Shown piece by piece: positions 20,333 to 32,562 of a stretch of 64,000 bases of DNA. Made by a program: the position numbers and the translations under genes. The notes under the pieces are model-generated. The model saw only the letters and a list, made by a program, of their open reading frames with translations, had not been told where the DNA came from and ran no database searches. The stretch is from NCBI RefSeq assembly GCF_013122565.1, contig NZ_CP053258.1; one strand, 5' to 3'. The stretch comes from Escherichia coli (lineage in GTDB: Bacteria > Pseudomonadota > Gammaproteobacteria > Enterobacterales > Enterobacteriaceae). Within the stretch, counting starts at the first letter, position 1. Every line of letters starts with the position of its first letter.

Positions 20333-21619
20333 TTACTGATGATTCATCATCAATTTACGCAACGCAGCAAAATCGGCGGGCAGATTATGCGAAAGCAAGG
20401 GTAAATCGGCACGTTCTGCCAGCTCTTTTGGCAGATCCAACGTTTCACCGAGAATCGCTTCCACGCTCTCTTTAAATTTCGCCGGATGCGCGGTGCCGAG
20501 GAACAAGCCATATTCGCCTGGATTCAACTGGTCACGCAGCGCACGATACGCTACGGCAGCGTGCGGCTCCGAAGTGTAGCCCAGTTCTTTTAACTCACGC
20601 ATTGTCTGTTGCGTGGTTTCATCATCCACGGCTGCATAACCCAGCTCTTTCAGTTGCCAGATTTTGCGGCGGAACAATTCTTCCACACGCGGCCAGTTGT
20701 TCGGCTGGCTCACGTCCATCGCGTTGGATAACGTCGCCTGAGTCGCTTTGGGTGACCACTGACCGTCGTGCAGGAAACGTGGCACGGTATCGTTCACGTT
20801 GGTCGCAGCAATAAAACGTTTCACCGGCAGACCGAGTGACTTCGCCAGCAGACCCGCCGTCAAATCGCCGAAGTTTCCGCTTGGCACCGAGACAACCAGC
20901 TGGTTACGCGCTTCCTGCGGCAGCTGCGCAACAGCTTCAAAGTAATAGCAAATCTGCGCCAGCAAACGGCTGATGTTAATCGAGTTAGCTGAGTTTAACC
21001 CCAGCGCCACTTTCAGTTCTTCATCATCAAACGCCTGCTTCACCAGTGCCTGACAGGCATCGAAATCGCCGTCGATGGCAACAGTTTCGATATTGCCGCC
21101 CAATGTACAGAACAGTTTTTCTTGCAGTGGACTGATTTTGCCTCGTGGATAGAGGATAACCACTTTCACATTCGGTAAACCGTAGAAAGCATGAGCCACT
21201 GCCGCTCCGGTATCACCGGAGGTCGCGGTCAGAATGGTCACTGGCTTATCGCCCGCAATATGGGTCAGCATTTGTGCCATAAAGCGACCGCCGAAATCTT
21301 TAAATGCCAGCGTTGGCCCGTGAAACAATTCCAGACAACCGACATCGCTTTCAACATTAGCGACCGGAGCCGGGAAGGCAAACGCCACGCGCACGCGCTC
21401 TTCCAGGATTTCCTGCGGGATTTCATCACCAATAAACGCCGAGAGGATCTTCGCACTGCGGGTGACAAAATCCAGCTTCAGCATCTCATCAATTTCAGTC
21501 AGGCTGAATTCCGGCAGGTCGTGCGGAAAAAACAGCCCCTGATTTTTGCCCAACCCCTGGGTTACGGCTTGCGCAAAGCTGACCTGCTCATTGTGATCTT
21601 TAAGATTGTAGAGTTTCAT
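20333..21619 (-). CDS. thrC: Threonine synthase
   Basis: 428 aa, [19 protein letters not shown]... Confidence 0.97.
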
Positions 21620-22551
21620 TTAATTTCCAGTACTCGTGCGCCCGCCGTATCCAGCCGGCAAATATGAACAAAACCTTCCTGATTTTGCAGGTAGTTCTTA
21701 CCCAACCAGTCGGCAACGCGCTGGGCGGTATCCGGCTTGTCACACAGAGCGAACAAGGTCGGGCCGGAGCCGGAGATACCGCTCGCTACCGCGCCGATTT
21801 CCGCGACCGCCTGCCGCGCCTGCCGGAAGCCAGGCAGTAACCGTTCACGGTAGGGTTCTGCGATAACATCTTTCATCAGCTTCGCGGCAAGCTCAGGCTG
21901 ACGGGAATAGCAGGCGTGAATGAAGCCTGCCAGATGTCGCCCGTGCGCAATGCAATCCTGGCGGCGATACTGCGCCGGTAAAATAGCCCGGGCTTCTGCC
22001 GTCGAGACTTTAATCCCCGGATACGCCAGCACCCACAGCCACTCATCAAACCCTGGCACTTGCTGGCTGATGATGTCGTTTTCTTCGATCATCAACTGCA
22101 TACCACCAAGAAAACACGGTGCCACGTTGTCGTAATGAATGCTGCCGGAGATTCGTCCTTCCAGCTCGCCCATCAAAGCCAGCAAACGAGTGTCATTAAG
22201 CGGCTTGCCACAGTGTTCATTCATCGCCATCAGCGCCGCGACCACCGAACAGGCGCTGGAGCCTAAGCCCGAACCGATCGGCATATTCTTTTCCAGAGTC
22301 ATCGCCACTGGAATTTGCTTCCCAAGCTCCTGGCAAAAACGCTCCCAGCACTGATAAACGATATTTTCCCGTGGTTCTGACGGCAGCTTATCGGCAAAGC
22401 GTCCGAGGTTGTTGAGACTGAATGTCTCTGCCGCCTCAACCGTTACTACATCTCCGAGCAATGCACCATCAACGGGTGTCACCGCCGCCCCGAGCACATC
22501 AAACCCGACGCTCATATTGGCACTGGAAGCCGGGGCATAAACTTTAACCAT
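21616..22551 (-). CDS. thrB: Homoserine kinase
   Basis: [24 protein letters not shown]...; 4-nt overlap with thrC. Confidence 0.97.
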
Positions 22552-22552
22552 G

Positions 22553-25015
22553 TCAGACTCCTAACTTCCATGAGAGGGTACGTAGCAGATCGGCAAAGAC
22601 ACCGGCAGCTGTAACGTCATTGCCCGCACCATATCCGCGCAGCACCAACGGCAGCGGCTGATAATAGTGGCTATAGAAGGCCAGGGCGTTTTCGCCATTT
22701 TTCACTTTGAACAGCGGATCATTACCATCCACTTCGGCAATCTTCACGCGGCAGACGCCATCTTCATCAATATTGCCAACATAGCGCAAAACTTTTCCTT
22801 CATCACGGGCCTTCGCCACGCGCGCGGCAAAGAGCTCGTCGAGCTGTGACAGATTCGCCATAAAAGCGGCAACATCACCCTCGGCGTTAAACTCTGCGGG
22901 CAGCACAGGTTCAATTTCAATATCCGCCAGCTCCAGTTCACGTCCCGTTTCACGAGCGAGAATCAATAGTTTACGCGCCACATCCATACCAGAAAGATCA
23001 TCTCGCGGGTCCGGTTCGGTATAACCCATTTCCCGCGCCAGCGTGGTCGCCTCGGAGAAACTCATGCCTTCGTCTAACTTGCCGAAGATATAAGAAAGCG
23101 AACCTGAAAGAATGCCGGAGAACTTCATCAATTCATCACCAGCATTGAGCAGATTTTGCAGGTTCTCAATAACCGGTAATCCAGCCCCAACGTTGGTGTC
23201 ATAGAGGAATTTACGCCGCGATTTTTCCGCCGCATGACGCAACAGATGGTAGTAATCCATCGACGAGGTGTTGGCCTTTTTGTTCGGCGTGACAACGTGG
23301 AAACCTTCGCGCAAGAAGTCGGCATATTGATCCGCCACTGCCTGGCTGGAGGTGCAGTCAACAATGACCGGGTTCAGCAGATGATATTCTTTCACGAGGC
23401 GAATTAAGCGCCCGAGATTAAACGGCTCTTTGGCTTGCGCCAGTTCTTCCTGCCAGTTTTCCAGATTTAGGCCATGCACATTGGTGAGCAGTGCCTTCGA
23501 GTTGGCAACACCGCAGACACGTAAGTCGATATGTTTATTCTTCAGCCAGCTTTGTTGACGCTTCAGTTGCTCCAGCAGCGCACCGCCAACGCCACCGACG
23601 CCAATCACAAACACTTCGATAACCTGATCGGTATTGAACAGCATCTGATGAGTAACGCGCACGCCAGTGGTCGCATCATCGTTATTTACCACGACAGAGA
23701 TTGAGCGTTCAGAAGATCCCTGAGCAATAGCGACAATGTTGATATTGGCGCGGGCCAGCGCGGCAAAGAATTTCGCCGAGATCCCACGCAAGGTACGCAT
23801 ACCATCACCTACCACCGAGATAATGGCCAGCCGTTCCGTCACCGCCAGCGGCTCCAGTAAGCCTTCTTTCAGTTCCAGGTAGAACTCTTCCTGCATTGCC
23901 CGTTCAGCTCGCACACAGTCGCTTTGTGGAACGCAGAAACTGATACTGTATTCGGAAGATGATTGCGTAATCAGCACCACGGAAATACGGGCGCGTGACA
24001 TCGCTGCAAACACGCGCGCCGCCATGCCAACCATCCCTTTCATCCCCGGGCCGGAAACGCTGAACATTGCCATGTTATTCAGATTGGAAATGCCCTTGAC
24101 CGGTAATTCGTCTTCATCACGGCTGGCACCAATGAGCGTACCTGGTGCTTGAGGATTTCCGGTATTTTTAATCAGGCAAGGGATCTGGAACTGGGCGATG
24201 GGGGTAATGGTGCGGGGGTGAAGAACTTTAGCGCCGAAGTAGGAAAGCTCCATCGCTTCCTGGTAGGACATCGACTTCAACAACCTCGCATCGGGCACCT
24301 GACGCGGGTCGCAGGTATAGACCCCGTCAACGTCCGTCCAAATCTCGCAACAATCGGCGCGTAAACAGGCAGCCAGCACCGCCGCGGAGTAGTCGGAACC
24401 GTTACGTCCAAGCACCACCAGTTCGCCTTTTTCATTACCGGCGGTGAAACCTGCCATCAGCACCATGTGATCAGCCGGAATACGACTTGCCGCAATACGG
24501 CGGGTGGACTCTGCAATATCGACAGTAGATTCGAGGTAATGCCCCACTGCCAGCAGTTTTTCGACCGGATCGATAACGGTAACGTTGTGACCACGCGCTT
24601 CTAACACGCCGGCCATAATGGCGATCGACATTTTCTCGCCACGGCAAATCAGCGCAGCGTTAATGCTATCCGGGCACTGCCCCAATAAACTAATGCCATG
24701 CAGGACATGTTTTATTTGGGCAAATTCCTGGTCGACGAAAGTTTTCAATTGCGCCAGCGGGAATCCCGGCTGGGCGGCGGCGAGTCCCGTCAGAAGTTCG
24801 GCAAAAATACGTTCGGCATCGCTGATATTGGGTAAAGCATCCTGGCCGCTAATGGTTTTTTCAATCATCGCCACCAGGTGGTTGGTGATTTTGGCGGGGG
24901 CAGAGAGGACGGTGGCCACCTGCCCCTGCCTGGCATTGCTTTCCAGAATATCGGCAACCCGCAGAAAACGTTCTGCATTTGCCACTGATGTACCGCCGAA
25001 CTTCAACACTCGCAT
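22553..25015 (-). CDS. thrA: Bifunctional aspartokinase I / homoserine dehydrogenase I
   Basis: [40 protein letters not shown]...; 820 aa. The track ORF extends 14 codons upstream. Confidence 0.97.
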
Positions 25016-25041
25016 GGTTGTTACCTCGTTACCTTTGGTCG

Positions 25042-25077
25042 AAAAAAAAGCCCGCACTGTCAGGTGCGGGCTTTTTT
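25042..25077 (-). terminator. thr attenuator hairpin
   Basis: Minus-strand transcript AAAAAAGCCCGCACCUGACAGUGCGGGCUUUUUUUU between thrL and thrA. Confidence 0.8.
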
Positions 25078-25095
25078 CTGTGTTTCCTGTACGCG

Positions 25096-25164
<69 letters not shown>

Positions 25165-25374
25165 TGTTGTGTACTCTGTAATTTTTATCTGTCTGTGCGC
25201 TATGCCTATATTGGTTAAAGTATTTAGTGACCTAAGTCAATAAAATTTTAATTTACTCACGGCAGGTAACCAGTTCAGAAGCTGCTGTCAGAGACTCTTT
25301 TTTTAATCCACACAGAGACATATTGCCCGTTGCAGTCAGAATGAAAAGCTGAAAAATACTTACTAAGGCGTTTT

Positions 25375-26061
25375 TTATTTGGTGATATTTTTTTCAATAT
25401 CATGCAGCAAACGGTGCAACATTGCCGTGTCTCGTTGCTCTAAAAGCCCCAGGCGTTGTTGTAACCAGTCGACCAGTTTTATGTCATCTGCCACTGCCAG
25501 AGTCGTCAGCAGTGCCATGGCTCGTTCGCGTAAAGCTTGCAGTTGATGTTGGTCTGCCGTTGTGTCACTTTTCGTCGGTTGTTGTATTAATGTTGCTAAT
25601 TGATAGCAATAGACCATCACCGCCTGCCCCAGATTGAGCGAAGGATAATCCGCCACCATCGGCACACCAGTAAGAACGTCAGCCAACGCTAACTCTTCGT
25701 TAGTCAGCCCGGAATCTTCGCGACCAAACACCAGCGCGGCATGGCTCATCCATGAAGATTTTTCCTCTAACAGCGGCACCAGTTCTACTGGCGTAGCGTA
25801 GTAATGATATTTCGCCCGACTGCGCGCAGTGGTGGCGACAGTGAAATCGACATCGTGTAACGATTCAGCCAGCGTCGGGAAAACTTTAATATTATCAATA
25901 ATATCACCAGATCCATGTGCGACCCAGCGGGTGGCTGGCTCCAGATGTGCCTGACTATCGACAATCCGCAGTTCGCTAAAACCCATCGTTTTCATTGCCC
26001 GCGCCGCTGCCCCAATATTTTCTGCTCTGGCGGGTGCGACCAGAATAATCGTTATACGCAT
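25375..26061 (-). CDS. yjtD: SpoU-family RNA methyltransferase YjtD (LasT)
   Basis: MRITIILVAPARAENIGAAARAMKTMGF...; 228 aa. The track ORF extends 7 codons upstream. Confidence 0.9.
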   Translation of the reverse strand: MRITIILVAPARAENIGAAARAMKTMGFSELRIVDSQAHLEPATRWVAHGSGDIIDNIKVFPTLAESLHDVDFTVATTARSRAKYHYYATPVELVPLLEEKSSWMSHAALVFGREDSGLTNEELALADVLTGVPMVADYPSLNLGQAVMVYCYQLATLIQQPTKSDTTADQHQLQALRERAMALLTTLAVADDIKLVDWLQQRLGLLEQRDTAMLHRLLHDIEKNITK

Positions 26062-26460
26062 ATTGCCACTCTTCTTGACCAAATAACCGCGAACAGGGTG
26101 ATCACTGTCAACTTATTACGCGGTGCGAATTTACAAATTCTTAACGTAAGTCGCAGAAAAAGCCCTTTACTTAGCTTAAAAAAGGCTAAACTATTTCCTG
26201 ACTGTACTAACGGTTTAATTGTTAAAAAATGCTACATATCCTTCTGTTTACTTAGGATAATTTTATAAAAAATAAATCTCGACAATTGGATTCACCACGT
26301 TTATTAGTTGTATGATGCAACTAGTTGGATTATTAAAATAATGTGACGAAAGCTAGCATTTAGATACGATGATTTCATCAAACTGTTAACGTGCTACAAT
26401 TGAACTTGATATATGTCAACGAAGCGTAGTTTTATTGGGTGTCCGGCCCCTCTTAGCCTG

Positions 26461-26601
26461 TTATGTTGCTGTTAAAATGGTTAGGATGACAGCCGTTTTT
26501 GACACTGTCGGGTCCTGAGGGAAAGTACCCACGACCAAGCTAATGATGTTGTTGACGTTGATGGAAAGTGCATCAAGAACGCAATTACGTACTTTAGTCA
26601 T
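26461..26601 (-). CDS. yjjY: Small protein YjjY
   Basis: Hand translation of the minus strand gives MTKVRNCVLDALSINVNNIISLVVGTFPQDPTVSKTAVILTILTAT (46 aa), 96 bp upstream of and divergent from arcA. It is below the ORF-track length cutoff. Confidence 0.8.
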   Translation of the reverse strand: MTKVRNCVLDALSINVNNIISLVVGTFPQDPTVSKTAVILTILTAT

Positions 26602-26696
26602 GTTACGCCGATCATGTTAATTTGCAGCATGCATCAGGCAGGTCAGGGACTTTTGTACTTCCTGTTTCGATTTAGTTGGCAATTTAGGTAGCAAAC

Positions 26697-27413
26697 ATGC
26701 AGACCCCGCACATTCTTATCGTTGAAGACGAGTTGGTAACACGCAACACGTTGAAAAGTATTTTCGAAGCGGAAGGCTATGATGTTTTCGAAGCGACAGA
26801 TGGCGCGGAAATGCATCAGATCCTCTCTGAATATGACATCAACCTGGTGATCATGGATATCAATCTGCCGGGTAAGAACGGTCTTCTGTTAGCGCGTGAA
26901 CTGCGCGAGCAGGCGAATGTTGCGTTGATGTTCCTGACTGGCCGTGACAACGAAGTCGATAAAATTCTCGGCCTCGAAATCGGTGCAGATGACTACATCA
27001 CCAAACCGTTCAACCCGCGTGAACTGACGATTCGTGCACGCAACCTGCTGTCCCGTACCATGAATCTGGGTACTGTCAGCGAAGAACGTCGTAGCGTTGA
27101 AAGCTACAAGTTCAATGGTTGGGAACTGGACATCAACAGCCGTTCGTTGATCGGCCCTGATGGCGAGCAGTACAAGCTGCCGCGCAGCGAGTTCCGCGCC
27201 ATGCTTCACTTCTGCGAAAACCCAGGCAAAATTCAGTCTCGTGCTGAACTGCTGAAGAAAATGACCGGCCGTGAGCTGAAACCGCACGACCGTACTGTAG
27301 ACGTGACGATCCGCCGTATTCGTAAACATTTCGAATCTACGCCGGATACGCCGGAAATCATCGCCACCATTCACGGTGAAGGTTATCGCTTCTGCGGTGA
27401 TCTGGAAGATTAA
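26697..27413 (+). CDS. arcA: Two-component response regulator ArcA
   Basis: 238 aa, [43 protein letters not shown]... Confidence 0.98.
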
Positions 27414-27430
27414 TCGGCTTTACCACCGTC

Positions 27431-27466
27431 AAAAAAACGGCGCTTTTTAGCGCCGTTTTTATTTTT
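27431..27466. terminator. Bidirectional rho-independent terminator between arcA and creD
   Basis: AAAAAAACGGCGC-ttttta-GCGCCGTTTTTATTTTT; A/T runs flank both sides of the stem. Confidence 0.6.
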
Positions 27467-27471
27467 CAACC

Positions 27472-28824
27472 TTATTTCCAGATACGTAATTCATCGTCCG
27501 TTGTAACTTCTTTACTGGCTTTCATTTTCGGCAGTGAAAACGCATACCAGTCGATATTACGCGTCACAAACATCATGCCGGCCAGCGCCACCACCAGCAC
27601 ACTGGTTCCCAACAACAGCGCGCTATCGGCAGAGTTGAGCAGTCCCCACATCACACCATCCAGCAACAACAGCGCGAGCGTAAACAACATGCTGTTGCGC
27701 CAGCCTTTCAATACCGCCTGCAAATAAACACCGTTCATTAACGCCCCAATCAGACTGGCGATTATCCATGCCACGGTAAAACCGGTATGTTCAGAAAGCG
27801 CCAGCAAGAGCAAATAAAACATCACTAATGAAAGCCCCACCAGTAAATATTGCATTGGGTGTAAACGTTGCGCGGTGAGCGTTTCAAAAACAAAGAATGC
27901 CATAAAAGTCAGCGCAATCAGAAGAATGGCGTACTTAGTCGCCCGGTCCGTTAATTGGTATTGATCGGCTGGCGTCGTCACTGCGACGCTAAACGCCGGG
28001 AAGTTTTCCCAGCCGGTATCATTGCCTGAAGCAAAACGCTCACCGAGATTATTAGCAAACCAGCTGCTTTGCCATTGCGCCTGAAAACCTGACTCACTAA
28101 CTTCCCGTTTGGCTGGTAGAAAATCACCTAAAAAACTGGGATGCGGCCAGTTGCTGGTTAAGGTCATTTCGCTATTACGCCCCGCAGGCACCACAGAAAG
28201 ATCGCCGGTACCGCTTAAATTCAGTGCCATATTCAGCTTCAGGCTCTGCTTCCGCCAGTCCCCTTCGGGTAAAGGGATATGCACGCCCTGCCCGCCTTGC
28301 TCTAACCCGGTGCCGGGTTCAATGGTCAGCGCCGTTCCGTTAACTTCAGGCGCTTTCACCACACCAATACCACGCGCATCCCCGACGCTAATCACGATAA
28401 ATGGCTTGCCTAAGGTGATATTTGGCGCGTCGAGTTCGCTAAGACGCGAAACATCGAAATCGGCTTTTAGCGTTAAATCACTGTGCCAGACCTGACCGGT
28501 ATAAATCCCAATCTTGCGTTCTTCCACGTTCTGATTGCCATCAACCATCAATGACTCAGGTAACCAAAAATGGATAAAACTTCGTTTCCGCTCCACGGTT
28601 TTATCCTCTTCCTGCACCGTATAAAGCTCGGTCACAGGAATAGCGATAAGCGGCCCAACGAGTTTTTGCGGCCCGCTGGTACTTTGGCGAATCGCATCTT
28701 CCACATCGCTACGGTAATCGGCACGTTCGACAATCACCTGCCGAATCAGCATTATCGGAATCAACAACAGCAATACTGCACCAAACAGGGTGGTCATTTT
28801 CCAGAACAGGGGGGATTTCAACAT
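27472..28824 (-). CDS. creD: Inner-membrane protein CreD
   Basis: 450 aa in the conserved creABCD arrangement. Confidence 0.93.
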   Translation of the reverse strand: MLKSPLFWKMTTLFGAVLLLLIPIMLIRQVIVERADYRSDVEDAIRQSTSGPQKLVGPLIAIPVTELYTVQEEDKTVERKRSFIHFWLPESLMVDGNQNVEERKIGIYTGQVWHSDLTLKADFDVSRLSELDAPNITLGKPFIVISVGDARGIGVVKAPEVNGTALTIEPGTGLEQGGQGVHIPLPEGDWRKQSLKLNMALNLSGTGDLSVVPAGRNSEMTLTSNWPHPSFLGDFLPAKREVSESGFQAQWQSSWFANNLGERFASGNDTGWENFPAFSVAVTTPADQYQLTDRATKYAILLIALTFMAFFVFETLTAQRLHPMQYLLVGLSLVMFYLLLLALSEHTGFTVAWIIASLIGALMNGVYLQAVLKGWRNSMLFTLALLLLDGVMWGLLNSADSALLLGTSVLVVALAGMMFVTRNIDWYAFSLPKMKASKEVTTDDELRIWK

Positions 28825-28881
28825 AGTCTTCTCCTTTGCAATGGCAGCAGGATACGAAGGCTATGTGGAAAGAATTTGAAG

Positions 28882-30306
28882 CTATGTGAAGTGACGGTGA
28901 AGTCGAAGCGAGGCCAGCACGCCACCGTCCTGCACGTTGCGCAGAGTGACTTCGCCGTTAAACAAACGGGCGACCTCACTGACGAACGCCAACCCCAGAC
29001 CGCTGCTTTTTTGCCCATTTGCACGCGGCAAAGAGTAAAAGCGTTCAAAAATACGTGACAGCGCGTAGTCAGGAATACCACTACCGGTATCCAGCACCTT
29101 AAGCGTGACGTGTTCATGATCCACTTCGGCGCTTAGCGTGATGCAACCGCTCTCGGGAGTAAAATCGATGGCGTTATCCAGTAAATTCCCCAGCGCCTGC
29201 TCCAGTAACGCCGGTTCAGCAGCAACGTTAACCTCAGTAGGCATAACATGCAAAGTGATGTTTTTTTCTGCCAATTGCACGGTGCGCGCTTCGCTGACGC
29301 GGCGAAATAATGCCGCCACATCAACAGCAGTCAGAACGACTTCCTGACGATTCTCCAGTCTTGCCTGGCGTAGTAACGTTTCCACCAGCGCCTGCATTCG
29401 CGCATTTTGCGTCAGAATGTTGTCAGTAAAACGAGCCACCACTTCCGGCGGCGGACCTTCGCGTAAAATTTCCGCCGCGCCACGAATCGCCGCCAGTGGG
29501 CTTTTTAGCTCATGAGTTAACGCATAAACATATTGCTCAATATAGTTTTTCCCCTCCAGCTTCACGCGCATACTTTCCAGCGCCTGCGCGAGTTTACGCA
29601 GCTCGCTACTGCCGAGTTCAGGAAGAGGAACGGGCTTATTGTCAGTGACGGAATCAGCATAGCGAGTGAGCCGGGCAATGGAGCGGTTGATCCACCAAAC
29701 CATGCCTGCGCCAATCACCAGTGCAATCCCCAACAAAATGGCGCTGGCCCATAAAATTCGCCGCTCGCTACGCTTTATGACCGGAGCCATCGCCGCGTTC
29801 GGTTTGCCTACGCTCAAAACGCCAATAAGCCGCGAGCCGTCCATAATCGGCGCGGCAACATACATCACCGAACTTTCGGGATCGGCAGGATTTTGCAACG
29901 TGCTGCGCGCACCATACTGACCACGCAACGTTAGCCAGACGTCATTCCAGCGCGAATAATCCTGTCCAACGGCTTTATTTGCCGAATCGAACAATACTTT
30001 GCCCTGCGCATCGGTCATATAGACATGATATTCATTGCGCACTTTGTTAATGCCACCGATATTGGCGCGAAACGGGCGATGTTGTAGCTGATTAAACGCC
30101 TGCGCCAGTTGCCCATGCGTTGGGTCCCCAGAGAGCAAATCGGGACGCGCCAGCTCCGCCAGCAACGTTGCGGTGTCGATTAACGTCCCCTCCGTTGCTC
30201 TTCGCACGCCCGGTTTAACTTCTTTGACAAAAATTGCCAGTACGAACCAGGCTGCCACCGCCACCAGTAAAAAATAGCCCAGCAACAACCGCATGCCGAT
30301 ACGCAT
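28882..30306 (-). CDS. creC: Sensor histidine kinase CreC
   Basis: 474 aa with HAMP/HisKA/HATPase features (..HELKSPLAAIRGAAEIL..). Confidence 0.95.
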   Translation of the reverse strand: MRIGMRLLLGYFLLVAVAAWFVLAIFVKEVKPGVRRATEGTLIDTATLLAELARPDLLSGDPTHGQLAQAFNQLQHRPFRANIGGINKVRNEYHVYMTDAQGKVLFDSANKAVGQDYSRWNDVWLTLRGQYGARSTLQNPADPESSVMYVAAPIMDGSRLIGVLSVGKPNAAMAPVIKRSERRILWASAILLGIALVIGAGMVWWINRSIARLTRYADSVTDNKPVPLPELGSSELRKLAQALESMRVKLEGKNYIEQYVYALTHELKSPLAAIRGAAEILREGPPPEVVARFTDNILTQNARMQALVETLLRQARLENRQEVVLTAVDVAALFRRVSEARTVQLAEKNITLHVMPTEVNVAAEPALLEQALGNLLDNAIDFTPESGCITLSAEVDHEHVTLKVLDTGSGIPDYALSRIFERFYSLPRANGQKSSGLGLAFVSEVARLFNGEVTLRNVQDGGVLASLRLHRHFT

Positions 30307-30995
30307 TACAGGCCCCTCAGGCTATATCCCATGCCGCGATGAGTATTAATCGGTGAAAGATCGGGGTTGATGGCGCGCAGCTTGGCACGCAGCGTTTTAA
30401 TGTGGGTATCGACGGTGCGATCGTAGGTGTCCTGCGCATCTTCCCACACGCTATCCATTAGTTGCTGGCGGGACCAGACGCGGCCCGGCGACTTGAGTAA
30501 CGTCTTCAGCAATAAAAACTCATACCGCGTCAGCGTTAATGGCGTGTCAAACCAGCTGATCTGCGCCGCGGGTTCATTCAATTCAAAATGACCAATACGG
30601 ATGACGGGAGACGGCGTCGAGAACTTCTTCACCCGACGCAGTAAGGTGCGCACCCTGGCGCACACTTCGCGGGGTGAAAACGGTTTAGCCACATAGTCGT
30701 CAGCGCCAATTTCCAGCCCAAGCAGGCGATCGACCTCTTCACTTCGGGCCGTCAGGAACAGTACAGGTAACGCCGGATGGAGCGCCAGTAACTGGCGGCA
30801 CAATTCAAAGCCGCTGATATCAGGCAAACCAACATCGAGAATCATGACGTCGGGAACCTGCTGGCGAGCTTTATCCAGCACCGGCAAGCCTCGCTCAAAG
30901 ACCTCGACGGCAAAACCTTCCTGCTGCAACATGTAGACCAGCGTGTCGGCTATCCCTTGCTCGTCTTCTACTAACCAGACCGTTTCGCGTTGCAT
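30306..30995 (-). CDS. creB: Response regulator CreB
   Basis: 229 aa OmpR-family regulator; 1-nt overlap with creC. Confidence 0.95.
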   Translation of the reverse strand: MQRETVWLVEDEQGIADTLVYMLQQEGFAVEVFERGLPVLDKARQQVPDVMILDVGLPDISGFELCRQLLALHPALPVLFLTARSEEVDRLLGLEIGADDYVAKPFSPREVCARVRTLLRRVKKFSTPSPVIRIGHFELNEPAAQISWFDTPLTLTRYEFLLLKTLLKSPGRVWSRQQLMDSVWEDAQDTYDRTVDTHIKTLRAKLRAINPDLSPINTHRGMGYSLRGL

Positions 30996-31007
30996 AAATC
31001 GCCTCTG

Positions 31008-31481
31008 TTATTGCCGCCACGGCATGACAGGAACCGCGCTAATCGCGTTTTTCGGCGAACCTTCTACAACTTTGTCGGAGTAAGCCAGATAAGCGAGCGC
31101 GTTGCGTTTAGCATCATAAAAGCGCACGACCTGTAACGACTTAAAGACCAGGGACGTGCGTTTTTTGAATACTACCTCGCCCTGAGCTTTGCCGTTTTTA
31201 ATACGATCCGACAGTTCAATCGGCCCGACTTGCTGACAAGAAATGGCCGCATCGGAGGTATCTTCCGCCAGCCCCAATCCCCCTTTAATACCCCCGGTTT
31301 TCGCCCGGCTCACATAACAGGTGACATTTTTCACATCGGGATCGTCAAAGGCTTCCACAACAATTTTGTGATCCGGGCCGATCATTTTAAATACGGTGTC
31401 GACCGAACCAATCTCTTCTGCATGAGCCAATGGCCCCAGCATTATCAGGCTTAAAGACAGGATCAAATGCTTGTATTTCAT
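31008..31481 (-). CDS. creA: Periplasmic protein CreA
   Basis: 157 aa with signal peptide. Confidence 0.9.
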
Positions 31482-31692
31482 ATTGTTACCATTTTTATCT
31501 ATTACACGAGCAATTAGTTCGTCACGGTAAATAACATATTGATTAAGAACAAAATCTCAATACTTTTATTTCCGTCAAGCCCTAAAACATACTCTAATAA
31601 GAAAAAAAACACTGAATGCTAAAACAGCAAAAAATGCTATTATCCAATTACCTGATGTCAGGTGCTCGTTGTTGAAAGGATGAGGATATTTT

Positions 31693-32562
31693 ATGGATCA
31701 GGCCGGCATTATTCGCGACCTTTTAATCTGGCTGGAAGGTCATCTGGATCAGCCCCTGTCGCTCGACAATGTAGCGGCGAAAGCAGGTTATTCCAAGTGG
31801 CACTTACAGAGAATGTTTAAAGATGTCACTGGCCATGCTATTGGCGCGTATATTCGTGCTCGTCGTTTGTCGAAATCGGCGGTCGCACTACGCCTGACTG
31901 CGCGTCCGATTCTGGACATCGCGCTGCAATACCGCTTCGACTCTCAACAGACATTTACCCGCGCATTCAAGAAGCAGTTTGCCCAGACTCCTGCACTTTA
32001 CCGCCGTTCTCCTGAATGGAGCGCCTTTGGTATTCGCCCGCCGCTACGTCTGGGTGAATTCACTATGCCAGAGCACAAATTTGTCACCCTGGAAGATACG
32101 CCGCTGATTGGTGTTACCCAGAGCTACTCCTGTTCGCTGGAGCAAATCTCTGATTTCCGCCATGAAATGCGTTATCAGTTCTGGCACGATTTTCTCGGCA
32201 ACGCGCCGACCATTCCGCCAGTGCTCTACGGCCTGAATGAAACGCGTCCGAGTCAGGATAAAGACGACGAACAAGAGGTATTCTATACCACCGCGTTAGC
32301 CCAGGATCAGGCAGATGGCTATGTACTGACGGGGCATCCGGTGATGCTGCAGGGCGGCGAATATGTGATGTTTACCTATGAAGGTCTGGGAACCGGCGTG
32401 CAGGAGTTTATCCTGACGGTATACGGAACGTGCATGCCAATGCTCAACCTGACGCGCCGTAAAGGTCAGGATATTGAGCGATACTACCCGGCAGAAGATG
32501 CCAAAGCGGGAGATCGCCCAATTAATCTGCGCTGTGAACTGCTGATTCCGATCCGTCGTTAA
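31693..32562 (+). CDS. rob: AraC/XylS-family regulator Rob (right origin-binding protein)
   Basis: 289 aa, MDQAGIIRDLLIWLEGHLDQPLSLDNVAAKAGYSKWHLQRMFK... Confidence 0.95.
   Translation: MDQAGIIRDLLIWLEGHLDQPLSLDNVAAKAGYSKWHLQRMFKDVTGHAIGAYIRARRLSKSAVALRLTARPILDIALQYRFDSQQTFTRAFKKQFAQTPALYRRSPEWSAFGIRPPLRLGEFTMPEHKFVTLEDTPLIGVTQSYSCSLEQISDFRHEMRYQFWHDFLGNAPTIPPVLYGLNETRPSQDKDDEQEVFYTTALAQDQADGYVLTGHPVMLQGGEYVMFTYEGLGTGVQEFILTVYGTCMPMLNLTRRKGQDIERYYPAEDAKAGDRPINLRCELLIPIRR

Noticed and set aside
26083-26696. Possible ArcZ sRNA next to arcA
   Set aside because: On reflection ArcZ is encoded next to arcB, not arcA. The arcA upstream region here contains the small yjjY gene and promoters only.
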